DNA of 64,000 bases from Gammaproteobacteria bacterium. Its GTDB lineage: Bacteria; Pseudomonadota; Gammaproteobacteria; Arenicellales; Poriferihabitantaceae. The translations under genes and the position numbers were made by a program. This document shows positions 10,582 through 21,252 of the stretch, piece after piece. The stretch spans positions 15,955 through 79,954 of the forward strand of contig JAJEAV010000011.1 in assembly GCA_022822625.1 (NCBI GenBank), given 5' to 3'. The notes under the pieces were generated by a model. The model was not told the origin of the DNA. It made no database searches and saw only the letters and a program-made list of their open reading frames with translations. Position 1 is the stretch's first letter. Every line of letters starts with the position of its first letter.

Positions 10582-11846
10582 GTATTCATAATGGTCATTT
10601 GGTCGACCCGGCCAATGGAGTTAATCAGGTTGTCGACATCCATATATCTCAAAACCGAATCAAGGCAATCGGTGATCTACATCAGGATTTCAACCCCGAA
10701 AGAGTCATTGATGCCAGAGGTCGCTATATTTTCCCAGGCATTGTCGACCTGTGCGCCAGATTGCGGGAACCGGGCGAGGAACATAAGGCCACCATTCTGA
10801 GTGAGACCCGTGCCGCAGCCAGTGCAGGCATCACTAGCCTAATCTGCCCCCCTGATACATTGCCCATCATTGAAACACCCGGCATGGCGCATATGATCCA
10901 GGACCGGGCCAATGCTGCGGGATTTAGTGATATTTATCCTCTAGGTGCACTTACTGCCGGCTTAAAAGGTGAAAAGCTCACCGATATGGCTACCCTCCAG
11001 GATGCCGGATGTGTAGGAGTGAGCAATGCGCTTGAGCCGGTTGAAAATTCACTGCTGATGCGAAGAGCAATGCAATATGCCTCAACCTATGACATACCGG
11101 TTTTTCTAGCTTCATGGGATCCATGGCTGCAGGGAAACGGGGTCGTGCATGAGGGCTTTATCAGTACACAGCTCGGATTGCCTGCAATCCCGGAGGCGGC
11201 CGAAACCGTTGGGATTGCACGTGATATTGCATTGGTGGAAACCAGTGGCGCTTCAGCACACATCTACCTTGTTTCCTGTGAAAGGTCAGTATCCAGGCTT
11301 CGAGAGGCCAGACAACGCAATTTACCAATTACCGGTTCCGTCGCTGTCCATAACCTCCTTTGTACTGAAAACGATATCGGAGAATTCAATACCCTCTTCA
11401 AGGTAATCCCCCCATTACGCACAATACAGGATCAGGAGGGATTAATTCAGGGGCTGGCAAGCGACAATATCTCTGTAATCTGTTCAGACCACCAACCACA
11501 CAGCCTGGATTCGAAGCTGGCTCCCTTTAGTGAAGCAGCCACTGGAATTGCCGGTCTTGATACGTTGCTGACACTGGCCTGGAGTCTGGTAAAAGACAAC
11601 CGGTTGAAAGTAGAAACAGTAATTTCAGCGTTGACCGTGAATCCTGCTCAAATTGTTGGCCTTGAGCGTGGTAATCTGGCTGTCGGAAGACCGGCAGACC
11701 TTTTAATGTTTGATGACAGGATGAACTGGACGCTTGACGACACGACAATGATGAGCAAAGGAAGAAACTCACCCTGGTTCGGTCACGAACTGACCGGCAA
11801 GGTTGTATTGACCATCAAGGATGGAAAAATCGTCTGGGAAATCTGA
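10572..11846 (+). CDS. pyrC': Dihydroorotase-like protein, probably the non-catalytic PyrC' type
   Basis: 424-aa amidohydrolase-fold ORF overlapping the pyrB stop. The position of the usual D-x-H-x-H metal motif reads [15 protein letters not shown], with no His pair. Confidence 0.8.
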   Translation: MDISIHNGHLVDPANGVNQVVDIHISQNRIKAIGDLHQDFNPERVIDARGRYIFPGIVDLCARLREPGEEHKATILSETRAAASAGITSLICPPDTLPIIETPGMAHMIQDRANAAGFSDIYPLGALTAGLKGEKLTDMATLQDAGCVGVSNALEPVENSLLMRRAMQYASTYDIPVFLASWDPWLQGNGVVHEGFISTQLGLPAIPEAAETVGIARDIALVETSGASAHIYLVSCERSVSRLREARQRNLPITGSVAVHNLLCTENDIGEFNTLFKVIPPLRTIQDQEGLIQGLASDNISVICSDHQPHSLDSKLAPFSEAATGIAGLDTLLTLAWSLVKDNRLKVETVISALTVNPAQIVGLERGNLAVGRPADLLMFDDRMNWTLDDTTMMSKGRNSPWFGHELTGKVVLTIKDGKIVWEI

Positions 11847-12019
11847 TCGTTGTCTCAATAGCTTCTTAACCGGTATCGCCGACCTTCAATTGGCATCATG
11901 TCTGGACTGATGACCCGTAATGCCAAATAACGCTGCAAATATTTCCTCGCTTGTTCATCTTCCTGTCAGGGAGTCATGATTAAAATCGCCTTCAGTATTC
12001 CTTCAAACATAAGAAAGGC

Positions 12020-13543
12020 ATGAAAATGGTGATCTCTATCTCATCCAGCCAATTCAACGGAAGTCCTCACAAGATTCTCCAGGGATCCTTGTCTCTCTGT
12101 TTAATTGCAGTGATTCTCTTTACTAATTCTGTCTCGGCAAATCTCGACTCATCACATGCAGCGGCTGACCTTGGGGAAGTCAATGTAAACGACGGGTTCT
12201 CTGAACTGGTTGAAGCGGTCAAACCGACAGTTGTAAACATATCTGTAACTGGCAGTGTTAAAACCTCAAAACAAGATCCTTTCGGTGAGAATATGCCATT
12301 TGATGATTTCTTTCGGCGATTTTTTGAGAGAGTGCCTGAGATGATGCCGGAGCAGAATCAGATCCCAAATGTTCGCAAAACCATGGCAGTGGGGTCTGGT
12401 TTTATCGTAGATCCTGACGGACTGGTCGTCACCAATCATCATGTCATTGCCGATGCTGACTCCATCGAGGTGGTTCTGCATAATGGCACTCGAATTCCCG
12501 CAACTGTGAAGGGGGCCGATGAAAGAACGGATTTGGCCCTGCTGAAGATCGAAGGCGACACCCCCTTTCCTTATGTCAAGTTTGGTGATTCCGATTCCGC
12601 CAAGGTCGGCGACTGGGTTGTTGCAATCGGCAACCCTTTTGGTTTTGGGGGCACTACCACAAGCGGTATCATCTCCGCAAGAGGTCGCGATATCCAGCAG
12701 GGATCCTTGTTGGACTTTATCCAGATTGATGCTTCAATCAATCGTGGCAATTCCGGAGGGCCACTTTTCAATATCCGGGGGGAAGTGATTGGAGTCAATA
12801 GTGCAATCCATTCTCCAACGGGTTTCAATGTTGGCATTGGCTTTGCAATCCCCTCTTCCATGGCCCAGGAAATAATCAATCAACTCAAGTCCACTGGAGT
12901 TGTCGAACGAGGTTTTCTAGGTGTTTTTGTGCAATCCCTTAATGAAGATCTGGCAGAAAGTTTCGGACTGGAAGGAACGGAAGGGGCTCTTGTTGCACAA
13001 GTCAATCCAGACAGCCCTGCAGAAATGGCCGGGATACGGGTTGGAGACATCATTGTCAAATTCGATGGCAAGCCTGTAGACAGTCCGCGCAGTCTGGCAC
13101 GTGTGGTATCGCTCACCAGCGAAAACAGTAAAGTGATCGTAACCCTGTGGAGAGACAAAGCTGAAGTCAATGTATTTGCAGATATCGGAAATCTCCAGGC
13201 TTCAAGTGATGAAGAGGCAATTCCAGTAGCTTCCGTATCCATGGATATGATCGATCCGTTCGGAATGTCTGTCCGGACCATCACCGAACAGGATAAACAA
13301 GACTACAATTTAGAAGAAGACGCTGAAGGGGTAATCATCATCAATGTCCAGCCGGACAGCATTGCTGCTCAAAATGGGTTAAGACCCGGCCATGTCATCC
13401 AGCGAGTGGGCAATAAAGAGGTTCTGACTGTACAGGATATCCGAAATCAGGTAGAGAAGCTGATCAAGGATGACCAGGGATCTATTCTGATGCTGGTCGA
13501 ACGCTCTGAAGGCGCTTCTTTCATTACCCTACCCTTGTCGTGA
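12020..13543 (+). CDS. Periplasmic serine endoprotease, DegP/DegQ/MucD (HtrA) family with two PDZ regions
   Basis: N-terminal signal-like segment, catalytic His (VVTNHHVI), Asp (DLALLKI) and Ser (GNSGGPLFN), and a long C-terminal PDZ-like part. 507 aa. Confidence 0.9.
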   Translation: MKMVISISSSQFNGSPHKILQGSLSLCLIAVILFTNSVSANLDSSHAAADLGEVNVNDGFSELVEAVKPTVVNISVTGSVKTSKQDPFGENMPFDDFFRRFFERVPEMMPEQNQIPNVRKTMAVGSGFIVDPDGLVVTNHHVIADADSIEVVLHNGTRIPATVKGADERTDLALLKIEGDTPFPYVKFGDSDSAKVGDWVVAIGNPFGFGGTTTSGIISARGRDIQQGSLLDFIQIDASINRGNSGGPLFNIRGEVIGVNSAIHSPTGFNVGIGFAIPSSMAQEIINQLKSTGVVERGFLGVFVQSLNEDLAESFGLEGTEGALVAQVNPDSPAEMAGIRVGDIIVKFDGKPVDSPRSLARVVSLTSENSKVIVTLWRDKAEVNVFADIGNLQASSDEEAIPVASVSMDMIDPFGMSVRTITEQDKQDYNLEEDAEGVIIINVQPDSIAAQNGLRPGHVIQRVGNKEVLTVQDIRNQVEKLIKDDQGSILMLVERSEGASFITLPLS

Positions 13544-13860
13544 TGTGAAAGGTGTCTGTAGAGGACTGCCAGTTCGCTACAGATCGATTTCCTTCCAATC
13601 AAACTCTGCGGGTAACACTCTGGGGATAGGTCAATATCCCCCGAGAAGCGTTCAGTAAGATTATAGAGTCCTCGATAGACCTATACCCCCTTGAACATCG
13701 GTAATTGCAAGAGAACTGAATCCTGGAACAGCCGGTACAACACCCGGGTAACCCAGAAGTCCTTGTCAAACAAGGGCTGGCGTAATGTTCCCTTGAGCTG
13801 CCGTCTCCAGCGACATTTCGAAAGGATATTCGGGTGACTCTTGTCGGTGGAAGGGTTGCT

Positions 13861-14463
13861 TCAGAACGCTGACCCCGGTAGTTTCAGGAAATCGAGTTCC
13901 TGATCAGTAGAAGCACGCCCCAAAATCTGGTTGCGATGAGGAAATCGTCCGAATCTTTCAATAACTTCACGATGACTTATTGCATACTCCAGGAAACCCT
14001 CGAACATTTCCTTCTCCGCTGGCCCTGCCATATCCATCAGTTTCCTGAACAGGATAACGGAACGTTCCTGATCCTTCAGGTCCTCGCTGTGCTCAAAAGG
14101 AAGATAGGCAAATACACACTGCAGTGGTGTCATGAATTTCTCGAACCCTTGCGATACGAATTGTTCTGCCAATTCTCTTGCCATTACGTCATAAAAAAAA
14201 CTCTGGGGATTCCCCCTGAATATATTGCGGGGAAACTGGTCAAGAACCAGTATCGATGCCAGACATCCATCAGGCTTATTTCTCCAGAAATCGTACTGAT
14301 TCCCCATATGGATTAAATCGATAAGAGGTCGAAACAGGTGGGCCATGTTTTGGTCAACTGCAGAACTCTTGCCCCACCATAGCTCGGACATTTCCGAGTT
14401 GATGTCAAGCATACTTTTCCGGCTTCCAAACCAGAAATCCAATATGGCTGAAGGTGTAAACAT
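13861..14463 (-). CDS. DUF924 family protein
   Basis: LVLDQFPRNIFRG, YLPFEHSEDL and RFGRFPHRNQILGRASTDQELDFL match DUF924 as I recall it. Start moved to the Met of MFTPSAILDFWFG (14463), which removes the overlap with the divergent gene. Confidence 0.8.
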   Translation of the reverse strand: MFTPSAILDFWFGSRKSMLDINSEMSELWWGKSSAVDQNMAHLFRPLIDLIHMGNQYDFWRNKPDGCLASILVLDQFPRNIFRGNPQSFFYDVMARELAEQFVSQGFEKFMTPLQCVFAYLPFEHSEDLKDQERSVILFRKLMDMAGPAEKEMFEGFLEYAISHREVIERFGRFPHRNQILGRASTDQELDFLKLPGSAF

Positions 14464-14569
14464 AATCTGTATACATGATTTGTCGTTATTCCCATACAAT
14501 ATAAAATCAAGATGGCACAACCGCAAGCACTGATAATTCCAATTAAAAAATTGTAGATTCCTAACTAGT

Positions 14570-15058
14570 ATGGCTCCCCGTCTTTTTCTGGCCTTGGTCG
14601 CACTGCTTGGCATCATGTGGTATCTGTCATGGTACAAGCGAGCAAATCCCAAGAAACGCAATCAATCGTTGCTAACCATTCTCCTGTATGGATTGGGTGC
14701 GGCATTGCTGCTACTGGTAATCACTGGCAAGATTCATGCACTGTTTGCAATTTTGAGTGCACTTGTGCCTTGGGTCAATCGAGCACTCACCGCACGATTA
14801 ATCTGGCGGCAGTTCAGTGGGTTTCGTGCAAATGCGGACACTTCATCTGGCCCAGGCCACAACCAAACCCGGGCAAATCCAGGTGTAATGACCCAGGAAG
14901 AAGCACTGGAAATTCTTGGCCTCCGTTCTGGTGCAAGTAAGGAAGAAGTTATCACTGCACACAAGAAGTTGATGCAAAAGATTCATCCAGACAAGGGCGG
15001 ATCAAGCTTTCTGGCCAGTCAAATCAATCAGGCAAAAGATACTTTGCTCAATCGCTGA
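14570..15058 (+). CDS. Membrane-anchored J-domain protein (DjlA-like C-terminus)
   Basis: N-terminal TM helices, then a C-terminal J domain: EEALEILGLRSGASKEEVITAHKKLMQKIHPDKGGS, including the HPD motif. Confidence 0.8.
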   Translation: MAPRLFLALVALLGIMWYLSWYKRANPKKRNQSLLTILLYGLGAALLLLVITGKIHALFAILSALVPWVNRALTARLIWRQFSGFRANADTSSGPGHNQTRANPGVMTQEEALEILGLRSGASKEEVITAHKKLMQKIHPDKGGSSFLASQINQAKDTLLNR

Positions 15059-15232
15059 TGGGATTTAACCGCATTTCTCGTTATTGCAGGGTACAGACGG
15101 GACAAGGTGATTTCTCCATGGGAAGCAATAGGATAATCAAAAGGATATCGATACGAATTCGGGACTTTCTGCAAACAGGGTAAAGTTACAGTGGGGGAAA
15201 TGGTAATTCAGCGTTACCCTCTGAACAATGTA

Positions 15233-16651
15233 TCAAATCACTTCAAGCCAGGTTGTCATGCCTCCCGATTGATGTTCCAGCATGTGACAATGTAGCAACC
15301 ACTTTCCTGGGTTGTCAGCAACAAACCGAGCTTGCACACTTTCCCTGGCTGGTACAAGAATGGTATCTCTCAAAATGGAATCCACTCCTGAAGTGGGAAA
15401 TCCGGCCATCTCAGGGGACACTTCCACATGATGTCCATGCAAGTGCATGGCATGTGGCCATGCTGTGTGATTCTCAAACACAATTTCCTGGGTACTCCCG
15501 CGAGGGGCGGTTAGTATAGGAGTGTCCGGCTTATCCACAACATCGTTCAGCGACCAGGCTTTGCCCATACTCACCAATGTCCGAATATCATGAAGACTTC
15601 CCTGGAATTCAGCTTGAGTCATATCGCCCATCGCCCCGCCCTTCATGACCATCAAGTAGCTGTCATCAGGAACTGACGAAGCCGGACTGACAGAATTTGG
15701 CGGTAATGCATAAGGAGGTTCCTGATGCATTAATCTTCCTTTTCCTTTTGCAAAAGCGAAATGTACAAGAGGGATAGACAAGTCACGATGCAGAAAATTG
15801 ATCGATGCTTCCGTTACGAACACGGCAGATACATCAACAATCAAATCTGCACGCTGTCCAGGAGCCAAACTGATTTCAGATTCAAGCCGTAGCGGTTTTT
15901 GAACCGGCATGCCATCCAGAGCGACAACCCAGGCATCCCAAGCCGGCAGAGTCAACGGCATAACAAGAGAGTTGGCCGTATTTACTAATCGAAGCCGCAA
16001 TCGATCACCTTCCCTGACTCTAATGGTTTCGCTTCCACGTCCGTTGACCGTCAACCAGTTACCGATACGTCCTGCATGGGCTATGTCATGCAGGTTATTA
16101 AATGATGGTTCAATGAGTCCTCGCTGACCGAGACGCCAGTCATCAAATACCAGCAAAACGTCTTCATCGGTGTCAGGGGGAAAAGGCTCGTCAATGATTA
16201 GAATACCGTAGAGTCCCCGATCAACCTGTTCCGATGATCGCTGATGCGCGTGATACCAGAATGTTCCTGCATCCGGTACTGCAAACTGATAATGGAAATT
16301 CTCTCCGGGTAATACACTATCCTGTGTTAGTCCCACAGTTCCATCCATTGCATTGTCAATCCTGATTCCATGCCAATGTATGGCGCTTCCCTCTGCCAGT
16401 TCATTATGAAAATCTACCGATAGGGTTTCTGATTGTTTCAGGCGAATCAATGGTCCTGGCACTTGCCCGTTATAGCACCATGTTTCCGTTTTCCCGGGCA
16501 GTCCCGAATCAAGGAGTTGGCTTCCCGTCCCGGCAATCAAGGAATAGGACACCCTGTCATTAGATTTGGCTGTCAACACCTTGGCAGGACAAAACAGGCC
16601 GGCAACGACTGTAGACATGAATTCACGCCGGGAAAGTTTGTGGATAGACAT
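15233..16651 (-). CDS. Multicopper oxidase with Tat-type signal
   Basis: SRREFMSTVVAGL twin-arginine leader. Copper-ligand motifs IHWHG, WYHAH, HAMHLHGH and HCHMLEHQSGGM. Confidence 0.9.
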   Translation of the reverse strand: MSIHKLSRREFMSTVVAGLFCPAKVLTAKSNDRVSYSLIAGTGSQLLDSGLPGKTETWCYNGQVPGPLIRLKQSETLSVDFHNELAEGSAIHWHGIRIDNAMDGTVGLTQDSVLPGENFHYQFAVPDAGTFWYHAHQRSSEQVDRGLYGILIIDEPFPPDTDEDVLLVFDDWRLGQRGLIEPSFNNLHDIAHAGRIGNWLTVNGRGSETIRVREGDRLRLRLVNTANSLVMPLTLPAWDAWVVALDGMPVQKPLRLESEISLAPGQRADLIVDVSAVFVTEASINFLHRDLSIPLVHFAFAKGKGRLMHQEPPYALPPNSVSPASSVPDDSYLMVMKGGAMGDMTQAEFQGSLHDIRTLVSMGKAWSLNDVVDKPDTPILTAPRGSTQEIVFENHTAWPHAMHLHGHHVEVSPEMAGFPTSGVDSILRDTILVPARESVQARFVADNPGKWLLHCHMLEHQSGGMTTWLEVI

Positions 16652-17174
16652 TACTGGTAATCCGGTTCAGGGTAATCTGGTCATGAAAATCATCGAATAT
16701 CAATCCAAGTCCGCATCAAGCAGAATTCTACACGTCAAGTCCATTACCACAGACCTACTTGACTTCCTTACACTGCATGGGCAAGTATTTGCACTGACCG
16801 TATCCTTATTGGGTTGCTTTCGTATAGAAACCCTGCTTGAGGAGTCGATAGATTCGTTGCGGTCATGTTGAAATAATACAACAAAACTATTGCAGCTGCC
16901 TCCCTGTCAATGGATAAGCAGTTACTGTCTCTTTATATTCAACCGGGTTACTCAAATCAAGAATTCGCCTGCCAACGACCTCGAACAATTTCACACGGCC
17001 TGAACGATGCTGTGCAATAATGCGCAACAAGCATGACTGACCAATCCTGACAAGACGAAATCAGTTACAGTAGATGGAGGGATGATGATAGTTCTATAGT
17101 TCGATATCATCGGAATAACTTTACCTCTACATTCCAGTTTTTGCTAAAATACCGAGACAGTTAATTCAATTACA

Positions 17175-18395
17175 GTGAGTATTTTGTCTAAGCTGTTTAC
17201 CTTTATAGTCGCTACACTCACTTTGGGGACATGGCCAGTTGCGGTTGGACTTATTGGCCCCGAAACGAACCGCAACTGGGGCATTACCGAGCAAGCGATC
17301 TCGGATGCAATCTCTCCCTTCCTTCTGTTGCGAAACCTACCCGAGCGAATCGAAATTCGCAATGGGATTGTGGACGAACCACTGGAAATCAACTATACCT
17401 TTGATCAGAATCTACAGGATCACGCTGAATTTCTGCTTGGAAAATACAACCCGGATTATGGTGTATTTGTAGCAATCAACCCAGATAACGGACATGTTCT
17501 GACCATGGCGGAATCCCGTCGGGATGGTCTTGACGGAGAATTGCTTACCGTCAAAAACACCTTTCCCGGTGCTTCAATATATAAGATTGTCACAGCAGTA
17601 GCTGCCGTAAATGAAGGGCTTGCTTCGGAATCCACTATCATTCCATTTAACGGCAAGGGCACGTCATTCTACAAAAAACACGTGTTTAACCATAAGGATG
17701 GAAAATGGACTCGCAACTACACGTTGAATGAATCATTTGCCAAGTCCGTAAATTCTGTATTTGGACGCCTGGGAGCTGTATATCTTGAAGCCGACATCAT
17801 GCTTCAGTATGCGCATAAACTCGGCTTCAACCGACAATTCCCCTCTGATTTTGCTTTTGAGGGTGGGAAAGTCAATATAGACCCGGAGGATGCATGGCAG
17901 GTTGCGGAACTGGCCTCGGGCTATACAAGAAAGAACACCCTCTCGCCAATGCATGGTGCAGTACTGGGTGCACTGGCAGTCAACGATGGTTATCTTCTGA
18001 CTCCTGTCATTGTCAAATCATTGACAGATTCAAGTGGCATTCCAATTTACGCCAACGAAAAACCAAACAGGACCGCAGTCATTCAGGCAGATACTTCCAG
18101 ACAACTCAAGTCGATGATGGAGTCTACCATTCGGATCGGTTCGGCAAAACGCTCCTTCGGCAGATTGAAGGGAGAAAATTACAAGGATTTGATCGTGGGT
18201 GGAAAAACCGGGTCTTTGACCGGTACTGAACCGAAAGGAAGGTATGACTGGTTTGTAGGCTTTGCCGACAATGGAAATCGCAAGATTGCCTATGCCATGT
18301 TGTGTATCAACAAGGAAAAATGGTATGTCAAGTCTGCCCGATTCGTGCGAGATATTCTGCATTACTACTACCAGTCTTCCAACAATAACGCCTAG
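17175..18395 (+). CDS. Penicillin-binding protein, transpeptidase-domain family
   Basis: N-terminal TM anchor. SxxK (ASIYK), SxN (KSVNS) and KTG (GGKTGSLTG) motifs. 406 aa. Confidence 0.8.
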   Translation: MSILSKLFTFIVATLTLGTWPVAVGLIGPETNRNWGITEQAISDAISPFLLLRNLPERIEIRNGIVDEPLEINYTFDQNLQDHAEFLLGKYNPDYGVFVAINPDNGHVLTMAESRRDGLDGELLTVKNTFPGASIYKIVTAVAAVNEGLASESTIIPFNGKGTSFYKKHVFNHKDGKWTRNYTLNESFAKSVNSVFGRLGAVYLEADIMLQYAHKLGFNRQFPSDFAFEGGKVNIDPEDAWQVAELASGYTRKNTLSPMHGAVLGALAVNDGYLLTPVIVKSLTDSSGIPIYANEKPNRTAVIQADTSRQLKSMMESTIRIGSAKRSFGRLKGENYKDLIVGGKTGSLTGTEPKGRYDWFVGFADNGNRKIAYAMLCINKEKWYVKSARFVRDILHYYYQSSNNNA

Positions 18396-18420
18396 ACGTT
18401 ACCCAACCCAGGATCTTTTC

Positions 18421-19290
18421 TTGAAACAATATCTTGATGCCGTCCGGGAAACTCTGGAATCAGGTACCCGAAAAACAAATAGAACCGGGGTCGATACCAT
18501 CTCGACCTTTAACATCAACTACGAAATTGACCTGACCCAGGGATTTCCACTACTGACCACCAAGGAGATATCCTGGAAAAATATCGTTATTGAGAATTTA
18601 TGGTTCCTGTCCGGACAAACCAGTATTGCCCTACTTCGCAAACATGGATGTAGATTCTGGGACCCTTGGGCTGACGAGGATGGCAAGGTGCCGAGCGCAT
18701 ACGGCAATTTCTGGCGCCATTTCCCGTTGCCCGATAACCAGTTCAACGATCAAATCGCCTACGTGGTTGATCAGTTGATCAACAATCCATCAAGCAGACG
18801 TATGGTTGTCTCTGCATGGGCACCCGGTAACGCACAAACCAGCGCATTGCCACCATGTCATGCCCTGTGGGTTCTGAATGTCCAGTACAACTCGAAGGAA
18901 AAACCATTTCTGTGCCTGCATCTCACCCAAAGAAGCTGCGATATCGCCTTGGGAGTTCCCTATAACATTGCGGGCTACTCCCTGATTCTTGAGATGTTTT
19001 CCCGGTTTTCCGGTATTCCAGCTGGACGTTTCGGCCACACCCTGATTGACGCACATATCTACACCTCCAAGGAAGATGGCACCATGGCTGAATATGATCA
19101 TGTCCCCGGGATCAAAAAACAGTTATTGCGCAAACCCCGATCGCTCCCAAAACTCCATATCGACCCATCGATTCGCTGTCTTTCCGATATTGAGCCTCTA
19201 CTTGAACTCGACACGGAAGAGATTATGTCGAAGTTTGTACTGGAAGGATACGACCCGCATCCAGCGATCAACTTCAAGGTTGCCATTTAG
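18421..19290 (+). CDS. thyA: Thymidylate synthase (ThyA type), probable TTG start
   Basis: (M)KQYLDAVRETLESGTRKTNRTGVDTISTF, the active-site context ALPPCHALW, and SCDIALGVPYNIA. The track start at 18262 would overlap the PBP gene. TTG at 18421 restores the canonical MKQYL N-terminus. Confidence 0.9.
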   Translation: MKQYLDAVRETLESGTRKTNRTGVDTISTFNINYEIDLTQGFPLLTTKEISWKNIVIENLWFLSGQTSIALLRKHGCRFWDPWADEDGKVPSAYGNFWRHFPLPDNQFNDQIAYVVDQLINNPSSRRMVVSAWAPGNAQTSALPPCHALWVLNVQYNSKEKPFLCLHLTQRSCDIALGVPYNIAGYSLILEMFSRFSGIPAGRFGHTLIDAHIYTSKEDGTMAEYDHVPGIKKQLLRKPRSLPKLHIDPSIRCLSDIEPLLELDTEEIMSKFVLEGYDPHPAINFKVAI

Positions 19291-19292
19291 AA

Positions 19293-19778
19293 ATGCCGCC
19301 CCGAAACGGGACACCTCTTCGTGGCGCAATCGTTGCGATGACTCACAACCGGGTGATTGGGTTCGATAACGGTATACCCTGGCACTACCCTGAGGATTTG
19401 AGACGTTTCAAGCAACGCACAATCAACAGCACTGTGGTAATGGGCAGGATCACCTGGGAGTCAATAGGCAAACGACCGCTGATCAATCGAAGAAATATCG
19501 TAATTAGCCGGCATCCGGTAGAAAATGTCGAATGGTACCCCGATCCCGGTTCAGCTCTGGCTCAATGCGAATCTGATGACACCTGGATCATTGGGGGTGC
19601 GCAAATCTATCAAGCCACCATGGATTGGGTTACATTACTGGATATTACACTTGTTCCGGATCATGTCGAGTCTGACCGAGCGGTGTGCTTTCCACAAATT
19701 GACGAACAACTTTGGCGACTGCAATCACAAACTGTGCTTGAAAATTCACAACTGGAAAATCGAATTTATAGAAAATAG
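19293..19778 (+). CDS. folA: Dihydrofolate reductase
   Basis: 161-aa ORF 2 nt after thyA with DHFR-like motifs (IGFDNGIPWHYPEDLRRFKQRT, VVMGRITWESIG, WIIGGAQIY). Confidence 0.85.
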   Translation: MPPRNGTPLRGAIVAMTHNRVIGFDNGIPWHYPEDLRRFKQRTINSTVVMGRITWESIGKRPLINRRNIVISRHPVENVEWYPDPGSALAQCESDDTWIIGGAQIYQATMDWVTLLDITLVPDHVESDRAVCFPQIDEQLWRLQSQTVLENSQLENRIYRK

Positions 19779-20189
19779 TGAGGGATGGCTAGACCTCGCA
19801 TTTCATATTGCCAGTCGAGGATTTGACTACACAAGGCTGATGGAAGATTGAGCGTGTAGCGATCAGGACTTCCAAAGGAGGACATGGTATTCCTGAAGAC
19901 AAAATAAGAGAGCGCAGGAAAAATTCGATACACAACATGCCAGGCCTAATACCCAAGGCAAGCGAAATACATGTATACGACAATTCCCTCCCTATACGAA
20001 AGGAAACCAGAAGTGAAAAGACTGGTCGTCCCAAAAGAAGGGAAAGTGGTCGGGAAAACATATCAAGATATGCCTCAACGGGCCAAGCCTTTGACTTCCG
20101 CTATTTTGGCAAAAGCAGTACCGGTAAGGCCATCTTCCTAAAGTTGTACAATATTGCATGCCTGAACAATTTCAGGGTAGCAACCTTCC

Positions 20190-20990
20190 ATGACTAGCCA
20201 CCTCATTCTATGCGGCATGTACGCGTTCTCTCCTGCCCTTCGAGATGTCTGGCAACAAGTATTCATGCCCCTATGCCAATCACTCTCTCTCCCAACCGGC
20301 GGAACCCTGGATATTCGGTACAGCAGCACTGCAACCGACTTCCAAAATTCAAGCCTCTACCTTGGTCATACCTGTGGGTATCCATTCTGGAATGACTTTC
20401 TGAAAACGCATGAGGTGATTACTGTCCCTGAATTTGCGATTGACGGTTGCTCGGATATCCGCTATTCAAGCTGGATTGTGGCAAGAGCCAATGATCCGAG
20501 AGAATCCCTTGAAGATTTCGAACACGGCATAGCCATCATCAATACCCATGATTCAAACAGCGGAATGAACGTATTTCGCAATGAAGTCAGTCGAGTTGTA
20601 ACAGGGCCTCGATTCTTTCGTGAAGTCAAGGTTAGCGGGTCCCATCTGAACAGCATGAAGATGATTCGAAATCGAATTGGCGATATCGCATCCATTGATG
20701 CAATCACCTTTGGCCTTGCAAATCGCCTGGATGTAGTTAATGCGTCAGACTTCAAAATCCTGCTGCAAACCCAACACATGCCCGGCCTGCCTTTCATCGC
20801 TCAACGTCAGCCCGGGATTGATGCCGCATTTGCCATATCAGCATTGAATGAAGGATTAGACAATCTCTCACAAGAAAGTTCCGCAATATTGCCGATACGG
20901 CAATTTTCATCCGTAGATACTGAACAATACCGACAGATTATGGAACTGGAAAAAGCCGCAATTCAACTTGATTATCCCGAGCTGGTATAA
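20190..20990 (+). CDS. PhnD/SsuA-fold (Phosphonate-bd family-like) protein without a signal peptide
   Basis: 266-aa ORF. The pattern MYAFSPALRDVWQQVF ... GHTCGYPF ... DGCSDIRYSSWIVAR ... NSGMN ... GDIASIDAITF recalls cytoplasmic PhnD-like proteins. The call rests on memory only. Confidence 0.45.
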   Translation: MTSHLILCGMYAFSPALRDVWQQVFMPLCQSLSLPTGGTLDIRYSSTATDFQNSSLYLGHTCGYPFWNDFLKTHEVITVPEFAIDGCSDIRYSSWIVARANDPRESLEDFEHGIAIINTHDSNSGMNVFRNEVSRVVTGPRFFREVKVSGSHLNSMKMIRNRIGDIASIDAITFGLANRLDVVNASDFKILLQTQHMPGLPFIAQRQPGIDAAFAISALNEGLDNLSQESSAILPIRQFSSVDTEQYRQIMELEKAAIQLDYPELV

Positions 20991-21252
20991 GTTTTTGGAG
21001 TCAGGGAGGCAAATGTCAAGTCGCAAAAAACAATCGGCCATGTGGAATTGGGAGAGTAAAATTCAGGGGCGAGCAGTTGCCAATAATGGGATATATCCAG
21101 ACTTTCTCAAAACCTTCCATACTCTATTGTACGAACGCCACTTCCGATCCTCCTTGCAATACACCCGTGAATCAAGGAAAACCAACCCCCAGAGTGTTGT
21201 GCTTCATGGTGGAATCGGGATTTTTCATTGACCCTTGTCGGGGACCGGCAAA

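Noticed and set aside
18262-18420. Long N-terminal extensions implied by track starts. Affected genes: thyA 18262, yqgE 7992, DUF924 14661, dsrB 54133, dsrR 43303, dsrO 46650, cupin 57688.
   Set aside because: The extensions overlap upstream genes or add non-homologous residues. Internal starts restore canonical N-termini and typical ATGA or short-gap junctions.
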